Origin: Antedon mediterranea
Taxonomy: Eukaryota > Animalia > Echinodermata
NCBI RefSeq assembly: GCF_964355755.1
Contig: NC_092674.1
Span: forward strand, 23,932,001 to 23,996,000
Length of the DNA stretch: 64,000 nucleotides
Reading direction: 5' to 3'
Below are positions 50,701 to 62,600 of the stretch, one piece after another. The notes below the pieces were generated by a model that made no database searches, was not told where the DNA came from, and was given only the letters and a program-made list of their open reading frames with translations. Position 1 is the stretch's first letter. Each line of letters begins with the position of its first letter. A program made the position numbers and the translations under genes.

Positions 50701-53700
50701 TATTAATTTTTAAAAATGTGTGCATAATCTTTTTGTTGAACCGTATCAAACTACTCTAGTGCAGTTAGTAACTACACTTTAACCTGTTTTATACAATTTT
50801 CTAGCAAGCTTTTTTGGGTAATCATGCACTCTAGCTAGCAGTAAATTTGCCATTCCAAATTTTACTTGAATAAACTAAAACCATACATTGTATACACAGT
50901 AAAAAAAAGTTATTGCATTAACTAAATTAGAATCATTTTAACTCTGATTAAAGAATTGATTGTATTAATAATCAAACATTTGTATAGCGTCATACAAAGC
51001 GCAATTACCTTTATACCTGACTGATATTCCCAGATATATAAAACTTGATTGAGATTGATAGGGTGGGATTATACTTGAGCCTGGGATCACTATATTATTT
51101 ATAGTAGTCATGTCCATTGACAATAGACATCTATAGTATTTTGAAAACTTTAGTATATTGCCTGTTCGCGACAATAATATGCCTACCATTAACTGCAACA
51201 AATTGCTGTACAACTGGCTCAGTTGCAAGGTTATGATCAAATTCTTCAAGGAGTTTCCCATTATCATTGTAAAGTACGACTGTTCTGTCTGTAAGTCCTA
51301 CGATCATGCCAGAAGGAGCAATTGTAAAATCCCTGATGTTTGTCAGCAGGAGCGTTCTTTCGCGTTGACCATGAATTGTGTACTTCTCTATGACACTCCT
51401 GTATGACCATGAGTTTACATAGATGTGGTCTTTGTGAATTTTAAGAGTTGGATTCGCCTGTTTTGCAATGAATCCTGGAGAAGTAAACAACTCCTGTAGG
51501 AGTGTACCGTCAGGATCGTATTTTACACAGAACCATTCATATTTATCGTCTCTCAATGGTTGCCCGGGCAGTTCATCTGAAATGTTTAATACGCTTCGCT
51601 TTCGGTGAAACTTGGCTGAGAATAGTGATGGTAATTTTTGCCGACACATGGCATATATGTTACCTTGTGAATCAATTGCGATTGATGAAACATATTGCTG
51701 AGACTTTGTCCCGCTGTTGTCTGTTAAGTAGAAACTAACATTCGTATTTGACTTTATTATCTTTGTTGTGCCGTCTTTCTTTCGTTTTGCGGCAATGTCT
51801 TCTGTACGATTTTGGCTGAATATGTTTGCATTGCGTATGCTTTGATTGTTTAGATGTTTTCTCGGAGTAAAGCCCGCCCCTGAGCAATTTATTGGTAGTA
51901 GTTTGACTCGCTTGTGAAACTTTGTATACGAAATCGCAGTCACAACAAGAAGAAAGTTTCCATTTTGATTTGTTAATATGGATAAAAGCTTATTTCTGTA
52001 ACCAGGTACCTGTTGCATTGTTCTTATGTTGGCAATTTCAACGACACGGAAACGTTCTTCTTGTTCTGTAACTTCAAATAGCATATCTCGAACTTGGGTG
52101 ATAGTTGGACGGTCCTGATAGTCTTCCTGCCAGCACAGGAAGCCAAGGTTTTTCAATGTGTCTGGCCAGTTTTGTGGTACTGATAACGGAGGACTTGGAA
52201 CTAGTCTTTCCCTTGCCAGTTCAAAGTCTGTTTTACCATCAAAATGGCGTGTTCCTGTCATGATCTCCCAGATGACAATCATCAAAGAGTATACGTCTGA
52301 TTTCTTACTGACAAGCGGTGGATTGTTCAACCTCTCTGCCGCCATGTATCTCATTGTTCCACCCGCTTGCGAAGGTCTGGTCGTTGCTTCCAACGTGCGT
52401 GCAATACCGAAGTCGCAAGCTTTAAGACCATTCGGAAAGACGAGAAAATTAGCTGGTTTGATGTCTTGATGAATTATATTGTTTCCATGAAGATACTCAA
52501 TGGCAGCCACTGCATCATTTGACCAGGAATAATTTAGTTGTGCCGGTATCTGGACTCCACTCTGTAGTCGATCAGATAAACTTCCTGATGGCGTATACTC
52601 CATCACTATCATATTCCTGTGCTCTTTTGTGATGGCACCAATAAATTTTACAATATTTGGGTGGCTTAAGGTGGCATGATGTGATAGCTCTGTTTGGCAG
52701 AAGAACCGGCTGTCTTTAACGGCGACTGTACATTTCTTGTATGTAGCCCTGAATACGATAGTGTTGTTGGTTTCGGCAATGGAAAGTAGGTTATCCAGAT
52801 GCTGGTACGGAATCTCTTTAAATGGGGGATTGGAGGCCATGATACCTTTCTAAACGTCAGTCAAATCATTGTGTTTTAGTCTACAAGCTGAAATTAGAAA
52901 ATGAAAGCTCTGATGTACTTGGTTGACTGATATTATTTATTATTATTTGACCTGTTCACTGAACTGTGAAAATCCTTTGACCCCTGTCAGACTCTGTTAA
53001 TGTTTTATTTGGCAAGTCAGAATACTAGAATTAAGAATACCTTATAAATCATTATTATATATAAATAAAATAATACAATTGGGTTATGTATCAGTTTTTA
53101 CAATTACTTCTAGTTTGTTTTCTTGCTACCTAAATACATAGTAATCAATTATAGTTTTTTTTCAATAGTTTTTGTATGTTTTAGTGTTTGTTACCCACCC
53201 TCTGATTTGTATTGTAACTCTACTAAACTGCCAATTATTTAGATTAACCACAAAAAAGACTATAATATGTGTTTTTTTGTGTGGGATTTATGTACAAGTC
53301 TGCCTATATATCTATTTTACAGTACTTACCAAATATGCCACTCTCTGTCCAGGGTGGGAGGAAAAATGTGTGGTAAATATCTTTAGTTGAGACACGCGTC
53401 TTTATCTAATGGACGATATCTGCTTTCTGCAAATAACTATTCTTTATATCACCCTTTTACTGTCCTTACTGTGGATATGCTTGGGTGCTTCTTGTCTGGT
53501 AGACGAAGCATGTGATCCATGGCACGAACAGCCTATTGTATTCACTCTAATTGTGCTCACTCTTATAGTATATCCAAATTTTCTATTATATATCCAACTA
53601 TGTGTATTGTCTTTAGCTGGTTATTTGGATTCACAGTAGATAATTAGTTTCTATACAGAGGATATAACTTCCAAAATTATAAACACCCCCTCAATATTTT

Positions 53701-56700
53701 ATAAATATGATATGATGTAATTGTGTGCCACTGCAATTCGTCAAGAATTATCAAGGCTGTCCAGGGTCTAAAATATCCAGGGTTATTATAAATCAGTCAC
53801 GTTTAAGTTGTCTTTACCGGTAAATATAGTTTTTACGTAATTAAAGAAAAAAAAAATTATTTTCATTGATGTATAGATATAAACCTGGGAAAATCCAAAG
53901 TGGCTCTAGGTTACCCAAGTCTATCGAACAACAGGACGCTGAGCTCGATTTATCATAGGCTATCATTTATTTTATTTCACCTTATTTATAGAGGGTGACC
54001 CTAAACAGTGTATGATGACATTCAAGGTGCCCTCTTGATGAGTGTGACAGTGGCTGTGTGCATACTAGTACACTGGTGTAACCCCTTACTCATCTCAAAA
54101 GATGTACTAGGTTCTTTAAAGTGCACATGAGCCAGATGTGTACACTGGACCTACGGTTTATAGTCCTTATCCAAGAAGACTCATTCTACCACCAGAACCA
54201 TGGAGCGATTGAGGCTTGAACCATTGCCGATTTTAATATGGCAAGGTACTATGGTTCCACTGTCTTAACCGCTTGGCCACTCACTCGCACAACAGACTTT
54301 GGTCTGATCGTTTTTAGAAATTAGAGGTGAACGCTTTGATCTGGCTGAGCTCATCGTCCTGCCTGTTGTTAGATTGCCTTGGTTTAACCAGGCTGCTAAT
54401 TTATAATGTATACTTAGGTTCTTTTTTATAAGAGAGGTAGAAAGATGACTGTATACTGGCATAATAATTCCCTATCTCCCTATGAGAGAATGGTGTATTT
54501 TTACTTGACCAACATTTTTAAAGTAGTTTGTTGGACGGGTGCGGACGGCAAGCAATTTTTATTGAAAATACTGTACATTCCGATAATTATCGATCTATAG
54601 TTTCCCCTATGTTTCATAATTTTTAGGATTTTATTTGTTTGTTACACAAGCTTGTTGAAAATGAGCACCTTCTTATCAATGGGGGGATAGTTGAAATTAC
54701 ACAGTAAAATCTGTATTCTTTTGTACACAAATGTTGTAAATAGAGCTTTAATCACTGGGCATATAAGGTCTTTTGTGTGTACGTGTGTGTATGTTGGAAA
54801 AATAAATCCCCAAATATTTTGAGCCAACAAAGGGATCAGAATGTCTAAATTGTTGTGGTCTTATTTTAATCAAGGACATCATATGGAACGTTGTTTATTT
54901 GCCTTGTTTTGTTAAAGTCTACCTCTATGTTTAGCTTAATTTTGTATTTCTTTATAGAGGTTGTTTTTATATAATAATTTAATAATATTAAATTTGATTT
55001 TTATTCATTTGTAGGAGCCAAGAACAAGATGACCCAAATTGCACCATACACCACCTTGGTGTTGGAACTTCTAGAAACAACAACAACCAAACAGCAGATC
55101 AAAGTTTACTCTCCGACCTCGACCAATCATCATTCCTTGCTGCGCAAGAAGAAGATGAAAATACCCCACCGCCACACCCAGTTGGCATCATTTTACGACG
55201 CCCAGGCTATTACTGTATTCCTCCTCTGGATCAGCTTGCAGACATCTTTGAAGAGACCGGTGAATGCTTGGTGGAGGACTTGACCATCGGTAGAGAGGGC
55301 TATGGTAGTGTGTTCTTCCCTGGTACTACCAATGCTCAAGGCTTGAATTTGGATGAGATTGGTGAGTACCATAACAATAACATTAGCTTGGGGATAGAAT
55401 AGTATTAGTAAAATACAGTGATTATACATTATAACACACCAGTGTGTCCTTGCAATTTGTCGATTTTGTATCACATGCAATGCGCTATTTTTACCAAGTG
55501 AATTTCTGTGGTTTAGATGTTTTTTTTATTTTTAATATTATTATATATTAACTTTATCTTAAAAAATGTTACCATCCCTGTACAGTCAACTCTCCCAATA
55601 CCGGACACCCTTGGGCGGGCATATATTTTCCGGTTTTTCGAAAGTCCGGTTTCCTGAAAACATATTTTTTAAGTCATCACGTTGTCACTGAAAATGCTTT
55701 GAATCACCGGTCCGAATGCTGCCCGGTACGGTCTCCTAGCGTAGGGAATGCCTAGGCTAGGCTATGATTGTGTCAATCTAGTTTTAATTAAATAAATACT
55801 GATAGGCCTAGGCTAGGCCTACTTTATTAATATTAAGCTACAGTAATTCAAAATACCTTTTTTAAAAGTTACATTATTTACTGTACCAATAAAACATTAC
55901 AATAGTAAATTATTGTTTCTCAATGTGTTTTTAACGGCAAAAAGGCCTACGTACGTACGTACGGTGAACATAATTTCGGTCTGTTTATTGTTTTTCGTGA
56001 GCTAGCTAGCAGCAGCAGCATGGGTGAAGGGCTTTGATTGATGCGCATGTGCAGAGGTGTCATAATCAAATAAAAACGCCCACACCTAGACCACATGTTT
56101 TTTAAGCTCCTTTATTTTGACGTAATTTGATAGCAATGATGAAAATTGATTAGGTAAACGAGCCAAGCAATAATGACACAATAATTAATTGGTAACATTT
56201 CAAAGTTTATTAACACTAGTTAAGTCAAGTTCATTCCGTTTACGTTTTGCCATAATGATTTCCAAATTTATAATGATGCACGTTTTTAGTGAAACATTCC
56301 TTTTTAAAGTCCTATTGCAATTGTGAATTTAACAATAATTTAAACAAAACAAAGACACAAAGTGGAATGTAAATTGAACTTTATTAAAAAACAATTCATA
56401 TGCTAAAAAACAGGGAGTTGTTAACAACTCCCTGCTAAAAACAATAGACATTAAGACATAGCGCTTCGATGTGAAAAAACCCACCGCAGTTCGATACGCA
56501 ACAAAGCAATTGCCGCCTCGTGGGTTAACAATAAACTGACCTGTCAATCACAGTGTAGTGCTCCATGGCAACATTATTTGATCGTACCACGAAACGTCGC
56601 GCACTTCATGCATGGTGAGGGTATGGTTAAAAGCTTTTGTACATTGTGAATGTATTGAATCCGAGTCAGCGACGACGATGTTACGTTGTTTTCGTAAATA

Positions 56701-59448
56701 TTTGGAGTTTTTTAACTGTCAGTCCGGTTTTCAGACGCTAATTTTCGTGTTTTGTACTTCATAATTTGTCCGGAATCCGGAATTGGGTATTCCGGTTTTC
56801 ATGATAAATTACAGTACATTTAGAATAGCGACAAATTGGGCCCTCCAAAAAAGTCCGGTTTTTCGTGAATTCCGGTTTTGGGAGAGTCCGGTATTGGGAG
56901 AGTTGACTGTACAATATTTGTACAGGAAATCAAATATATTTTGTTTATGACAATAAAGAATTATCTTATTTTCTTCCATTTCAACGATTGATACTGTTGC
57001 TATTTATTTTGTGAACAATTTAAGGGCTAGGTAGGGGAATGAAGAGACAGCATCTGTCTATGTAACACCATTTTTTTTACTCATTAGTTCATTTTCGCCG
57101 TAAGGAGATAGTTATCTACCCTGATGACACCAAGAAACCATCTGTAGGAGAGGAATTAAATAAAAAGGCAGAAGTTACGCTGGATCGCACCTGGCCTACT
57201 GACAAGACAACAAGACAACCAATTAATGTAATAGAAATTTGTATATGTTAGTTTTTGATATAAGAATATTGGGAATGCTTAGGGGCAAAACCATTTAATT
57301 ATCATTGAACGTACAGGCCACAACAAAATATATAAGCCTAGATATTGGTTATTATTTCAAAACAGTAAAGCTGTAGATTGGTGGTTAATATTCTTCACAG
57401 GGTTCAATCCTGACAATGCCAGGATTGTGTAACTTATGACTGTTTCTACTCTATTCCCAAAGTCTCAAATGAGAATTATACCCTTTTCACATCTGAAAAA
57501 AGTAACCCAAGTTTGTACTACGCATGTGTGCTTTGTCCTGTAGCCGTATTCACCATTCACACTTAGGCTAAGGGATACACTTACCCTTAAAATTATATAG
57601 ATCTCCTATCTAAGATATAATAAATTTAAGGGAAATACTTAAATACTTATTTAAGGGAAATATCTCACTTAAGTGTGATTGGAGAATACGGCCACAGATA
57701 TTTAAACGTTTCTATTTTCCTCCCTCCAAATGAGACTTATACCACATCTGCAAAAATAAGATGTCTGTTCTTGCTTAATTGTTCCAAGTTTGTGCTTGTG
57801 TCCTGGTATTTAACTGACCAATCACAGTACACTTTTTGAAAGTATCGGAACATGATTTTTTCATTTTGAAAGTTGAACTAATAATAATCAAATAATGCCC
57901 TCTCTTGGTTAATAAAAAAAAAGGATTAATAAATAAAATTAATGTTTTTCAGGATCCTGAGAGGCTCGTAGCTATTGGCTTTGAGGAGAAGTTAGAAAAG
58001 GCGACAATCAAACTAGGAGCCAAGTTTATAGAGTACAGACCTGAGACTGGTTCCTGGGTATTTCAGGTAATTTATTATTTATTAATTAGATAACAATAAT
58101 ACTGCCCATTCTATCCATAGGGAAAATTTCTTTTGTTTCAATATTTTCTCTCACACTGCAGTAATTTCTCCTTAAAGGCCAATTTAAACAGAAGAGCGGT
58201 AATGGTAAGCAAAATAGCGCGTAGCTTGTCCCACATGGAAAATATGTATCTATTCTAAACGGAAATTTTCGTCTGCTCCGCGTTGTGTGTAAATGGTCAT
58301 TTGAAATCAAATACATTCTTTATTTTTATTACTGTTACCGCTTGTCTTAACCCTCAATTCTGCAGAAAACAAAATCAACTATTTCACTGATGAAAAATAC
58401 CAAATAAATGGTTAAATCTAACTAAAACCCCATTGTCAGACAAAGTGCTTCTGGTTGACTTTCTTCCCTTTAAATTAGAGGGTTTTTTTAGGTAAAGAAT
58501 TTTATTATGATTAAATTTTTGGTCAAATAATTATTATTATTTTATAACATGGCGTATTCAACAAAAAAATTTTTAATAACTATTTTTATAAATAATAAAA
58601 TGAATAATTTTTTTGTGATAGGTACAACATTTTTCGAAGTATGGATTATCAGACAGTGATGAAGAAGAGGACAGTACAGCTACTGTGAAGGATCAAAAGA
58701 AATTAAAAACAATTCCAAAAAAGCCAGCAACAAAACAGGTAAATCTAGCATTCAATTAATACAATATATATTTGAAGGTCCTCAAAAGCTTTGACTTTAA
58801 CTGAACTTCATATTATGTAATGTTGGGTCTCGGAAGTAACCCTTTAACAGGGGGTCCACTTGTATTTTCCCAAAAAAACATGAAAAATTAAGATTAGTAA
58901 AAAAGACCATTTAGCAGTTTTAATAATGTTAATCACTTCCATAGAATAAAAAATAAAAGAAATTATATTTTCACGTATAAAAATACAAAATAAACAATTA
59001 AATTCAACCAAAAACCTTCTTCTTCTAGTCAATTTGACTGTTGATTACTTGACTGTTTTTTTTTAGTTAAATAATTTTGTGTTTGATGTAATTTTTTGTT
59101 AAAGCATTGAGGATAAAAATAAAAAGAGATCTCTCAAATCCCCTTCATGGTTAAAATAAATAACTCTTATGTGACGTCAAAATGTCATTTTCAACAATTT
59201 GTTTTCATGGGACAATATATCTTTAAACTGTATTATTTGTTTTCTAAAGTTTGCTAAGAGGAATGTACCACTCAAACAGCAGCCTAAACAACAGACCAGT
59301 CAACAGCCAGCTCTTAATGGACAACAGGCTGTTGAGGAGGAAGAGATGCCTATTGATCAGGACATGGAGGTGCCATTCCAGGGGAGCAATGGATATTTTA
59401 GGGGTCTAGGTGGTGATGACCTTACAAATGACCGCCAACTTTTTAGTG
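25643..59448 (+). CDS. NUP98: Nuclear pore complex protein Nup98-Nup96 precursor, first 20 coding exons (3' incomplete)
   Basis: Exons 25643-25703, 26905-27072, 28779-28937, 31488-31660, 34611-34718, 35301-35454, 35973-36157, 36411-36530, 37787-37916, 39991-40173, 40520-40589, 41072-41249, 41814-41981, 42950-43065, 45429-45503, 55015-55361, 57088-57227, 57953-58066, 58622-58738, 59250-59448; phases are consistent. Contains GLFG/FG repeats, GLEBS (GTDTMMK...[23 protein letters not shown]), [22 protein letters not shown], the autoprotease domain ([16 protein letters not shown]...[20 protein letters not shown]) and HF|S at 58628-58636. Confidence 0.97.
26035..26764. repeat. 17-bp minisatellite (gtgtcctcttaatggag), ~43 copies
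   Basis: Direct period-17 array followed by gaagggtctactgta (pogo-like TIR end plus TA) at approx. 26777-26791. Confidence 0.95.
27169..27481. mobile_element. Harbinger-type MITE
   Basis: agcgtggttcccactagaacacaacgcagcg ... cgttgctttgtgttgctagtgggaaccacact inverted ends in TAA context. Confidence 0.7.
29047..31060. mobile_element. 2-kb non-autonomous DNA transposon with up to 9-bp TSD
   Basis: actattagt|aggtatcccaatgaaa ... tttcattgggatacct|actattagt; no transposase ORF. Confidence 0.85.
35640..35865 (+). mobile_element. tRNA-derived SINE, 5' truncated
   Basis: gataaggactataaaccgtaggtccagtg...gtgcactttaaagaacctagtacatcttttgagatgagtaag...ttagggtcaccctctataaataagg; matches the reverse complement of 53966-54290. 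Confidence 0.8.
37999..39334. mobile_element. 1.3-kb hAT-like non-autonomous element with 6-bp TSD
   Basis: tagtca|caggggtcccaa ... ttgggacctctg|tagtca; subterminal ctaccgc repeats. Confidence 0.85.
40844..40915 (-). tRNA. tRNA-like sequence with ATT anticodon (probable pseudogene or repeat-borne tRNA)
   Basis: Minus strand reads GCCCCAG TG GTCTAATGGTTAGGAC A TCTGC ATATTAA GCAGG AGGT CCGGG TTCAAAT CTCGG TTTGGGC G. It folds as a cloverleaf with one acceptor mismatch, has A and B boxes, and TTTTT follows within a few nt. Confidence 0.6.
42032..42520. mobile_element. Tigger/pogo-like MITE, TA TSD
   Basis: ta|cagtagaacctgatttaacgt ... acgtaaaatgaaggttctactg|ta. Confidence 0.8.
43531..43637 (+). 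pseudogene. 5S rRNA-derived sequence (pseudogene or SINE3 head)
   Basis: taccacgttgacacaccggttctcgtcagatcaccgaagttaagcgacgttgggccaggttagagcttggatgggagaccatctgggaatagcgggtgctgta follows the invertebrate 5S sequence with substitutions, a defective 5' end and no T-run terminator. Confidence 0.85.
45001..45265 (+). repeat. Polypurine (GA-rich) low-complexity tract
   Basis: About 265 nt almost entirely G/A on the + strand, in NUP98 intron 14. Confidence 0.85.
46027..49057. mobile_element. 3-kb PIF/Harbinger-like non-autonomous element, 3-bp TSD
   Basis: ttt|gggcctgtttctgctgc ... gcagcagaaacagggcc|ttt; many aaatacggta subterminal motifs; internal ~57-bp tandem repeats (approx. 47013-47100, 47650-47925) and a nested MITE (47950-48078). 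Confidence 0.8.
49105..49295. mobile_element. Second copy of the palindromic TTA-target MITE
   Basis: tta|agggtctttcacacctgttccggc ... gaacaggtgtgaaagacccc|tta. Confidence 0.85.
51131..52840 (-). CDS. TKL-group (ZAK/MLK-like) Ser/Thr kinase fused to an NHL-like beta-propeller; intronless CDS nested in NUP98 intron 15
   Basis: 569-aa uninterrupted ORF with VAVK, alpha[43 protein letters not shown] and CWQ...RPT. The C-terminal ~300 aa has blade-like segments ([59 protein letters not shown]). Confidence 0.9.
   Translation of the reverse strand: MASNPPFKEIPYQHLDNLLSIAETNNTIVFRATYKKCTVAVKDSRFFCQTELSHHATLSHPNIVKFIGAITKEHRNMIVMEYTPSGSLSDRLQSGVQIPAQLNYSWSNDAVAAIEYLHGNNIIHQDIKPANFLVFPNGLKACDFGIARTLEATTRPSQAGGTMRYMAAERLNNPPLVSKKSDVYSLMIVIWEIMTGTRHFDGKTDFELARERLVPSPPLSVPQNWPDTLKNLGFLCWQEDYQDRPTITQVRDMLFEVTEQEERFRVVEIANIRTMQQVPGYRNKLLSILTNQNGNFLLVVTAISYTKFHKRVKLLPINCSGAGFTPRKHLNNQSIRNANIFSQNRTEDIAAKRKKDGTTKIIKSNTNVSFYLTDNSGTKSQQYVSSIAIDSQGNIYAMCRQKLPSLFSAKFHRKRSVLNISDELPGQPLRDDKYEWFCVKYDPDGTLLQELFTSPGFIAKQANPTLKIHKDHIYVNSWSYRSVIEKYTIHGQRERTLLLTNIRDFTIAPSGMIVGLTDRTVVLYNDNGKLLEEFDHNLATEPVVQQFVAVNGRHIIVANRQYTKVFKIL
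53966..54290 (-). mobile_element. Full-length tRNA-derived SINE with Deu/Nin-like central domain
   Basis: Minus strand: A box tggccaagcgg, B box ggttcaagcc, core ggataaggactataaaccgtaggtcc...taaagaacctagtacatcttttgagatgagtaaggggtt, A-rich tail. The domain assignment is from recalled similarity. Confidence 0.8.
55583..56909. mobile_element. Tigger/pogo-like non-autonomous element, TA TSD
   Basis: ta|cagtcaactctcccaataccggac ... gtccggtattgggagagttgactg|ta; repeated tccggtttt motifs. Confidence 0.9.
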
Positions 59449-59659
59449 GTAAGTTCTATAAAATTCTATGTAAACTAATATTTCATCTATCTAACCAGTG
59501 TTTCATTCATTTTTCAATGCAATTCATACCAATTAAAAATTATGTTATTTTATTTTCAATCTTATATTTCAATAATACATTATAAAAACAATTAACAACA
59601 AATTACAATACAATCAGAGATTAATACAAAGATTAATAATCAAATCATAGCTAAACTTA

Positions 59660-62600
59660 CAGAGAGTGATACAGGTATTTAATTACAGTATCTATAGGAG
59701 GAAATAGCAAAAAATACAGATTATATAAAGTGATGCAGGTACTTGATTACAGTATCTATAGGAGGAAATAGCAACACATACAGATTATATAAAGTGATGC
59801 AGGTACTTGATTACAGTATCTATATGAGGAAATAGCAACACATACAGATTATATAAAGTGATGCAGGTACTTGATTACAGTATCTATAGGAGGAAATAGC
59901 AACACATACAGATTATATAAAGTGATGCAGGTACTTGATTACAGTATCTATATGAGGAAATAGCAACACATACAGATTATATAAAGTGATGCAGGTATTT
60001 GATTACAGTATCTATAGGAGGAAATAGCAACACATACAGATTATATAAAGTGATGCAGGTACTTGATTACAGTATCTATATGAGGAAATAGCAACACATA
60101 CAGATTATATAAAGTGATGCAGGTACTTGATTACAGTATCTATATGAGGAAATAGCAACACATACAGATTATATAAAGTGATGCAGGTATTTGATTACAG
60201 TATCTATAGGAGGAAATAGCAACACATACAGATTATATAAAGTGATGCAGGTACTTGATTACAGTATCTATAGGAGGAAATAGCAAAAAATACAGATTAT
60301 ATAAAGAGATGCAGGTACTTGATTACAGTATCTATAGGAGGAAATAGCAACACATACAGATTATATAAAGTGATGCAGGTACTTGATTACAGTATCTATA
60401 GGAGGAAATAGCAAAAAATACAGATTATATAAAATGATGCAGGTACTTGATTACAGTATCTATAGGAGGAAATAGCAACACATACAGATTATATAAAGAG
60501 ATGCAGGTACTTGATTACAGTATCTATAGGAGGAAATAGCAAAAAATACAGATTATATAAAGTGATGCAGGTATTTGATTACAGTATCTATAGGAGGAAA
60601 TAGCAACACATACAGATTATATAAAGTGATGCAGGTACTTGATTACAGTATCTATAGGAGGAAATAGCAAAAAATACAGATTATATAAAGAGATGCAGGT
60701 ACTTGATTACAGTATCTATAGGAGGAAATAGCAAAAAATACAGATTATATAAAGTGATGCAGGTATTTGATTACAGTATCTATAGGAGGAAATAGCAACA
60801 CATACAGATTATATAAAGTGATGCAGATACTTGATTACAGTATCTATAGGAGGAAATAGCAAAAAATACAGATTATATAAAGTGATGCAGGTACTTGATT
60901 ACAGTATCTATATGAGGAAATAGCAACACATACAGATTATATAAAGTGATGCAGGTACTTGATTACAGTATCTATAGGAGGAAATAGCAACACATACAGA
61001 TTATATAAAGTGATGCAGGTACTTGATTACAGTATCTATAGGAGGAAATAGCAACACATACAGATTATATAAAGAGATGCAGGTACTTGATTACAGTATC
61101 TATAGGAGGAAATAGCAACACATACAGATTATATAAAGTGATGCAGGTACTTGATTACAGTATCTATAGGTGGAAATAGCAACACATACAGATTATATAA
61201 AGTGATGCAGGTACTTGATTACAGTATCTATAGGAGGAAATAGCAAAAAATACAGATTATATAAAGTGATGCAAGTACTTGATTACAGTATCTATAGGAG
61301 GAAATAGCAACACATACAGATTATATAAAGTGATGCAGGTACTTGATTACAGTATCTATAGGAGGAAATAGCAAAAAATACAGATTATATAAAGTGATGC
61401 AAGTACTTGATTACAGTATCTATAGGAGGAAATAGCAACACATACAGATTATATAAAGTGATGCATGTACTTGATTACAGTATCTATAGGAGGAAATAGC
61501 AACACATACAGATTATATAAAGTGATGCAGGTACTTGATTACAGTATCTATAGGAGGAAATAGCAACACATACAGATTATATAAAGTGATGCAGGTACTT
61601 GATTACAGTATCTATAGGAGGAAATAGCAAAAAATACAGATTATATAAAGTGATGCAGGTATTTGATTACAGTATCTATAGGAGGAAATAGCAAAAAATA
61701 CAGATTATATAAAGTGATGCAGGTACTTGATTACAGTATCTATATGAGGAAATAGCAACACATACAGATTATATAAAGTGATGCATGTACTTGATTACAG
61801 TATCTATAGGAGGAAATAGCAAAAAATACAGATTATATAAAGTGATGCAGGTACTTGATTACAGTATCTATAGGGGAAATAGCAACACATACAGATTATA
61901 TAAAGTGATGCAGGTACTTGATTACAGTATCTATAGGAGGAAATAGCAACACATACAGATTATATAAAGTGATGCAGGTACTTGATTACAGTATCTATAG
62001 GAGGAAATAGCAACACATACAGATTATATAAAGTGATGCAGGTACTTGATTACAGTATCTATAGGAGGAAATAGCAACACATACAGATTATATAAAGAGA
62101 TGCAGGTACTTGATTACAGTATCTATAGGAGGAAATAGCAACACATACAGATTATATAAAGTGATGCAGGTACTTGATTACAGTATCTATAGGAGGAAAT
62201 AGCAACACATACAGATTATATAAAGTGATGCAGATACTTGATTACAGTATCTATAGGAGGAAATAGCAACACATACAGATTATATAAAGTGATGCAGGTA
62301 CTTGATTACAGTATCTATAGGAGGAAATAGCAACACATACAGATTATATAAAGTGATGCAGGTACTTGATTACAGTATCTATAGGAGGAAATAGCAACAC
62401 ATACAGATTATATAAAGTGATGCAGATACTTGATTACAGTATCTATAGGAGGAAATAGCAACACATACAGATTATATAAAGTGATGCAGGTACTTGATTA
62501 CAGTATCTATATGAGGAAATAGCAACACATACAGATTATATAAAGTGATGCAGGTACTTGATTACAGTATCTATAGGAGGAAATAGCAAAAAATACAGAT

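Noticed and set aside
51158-52469. Plus-strand ORFs overlapping the kinase
   Set aside because: Short antisense shadows of the real minus-strand CDS.
2356-59448. U12-type introns
   Set aside because: All inferred introns are GT-AG and none has the RTATCCTT donor.
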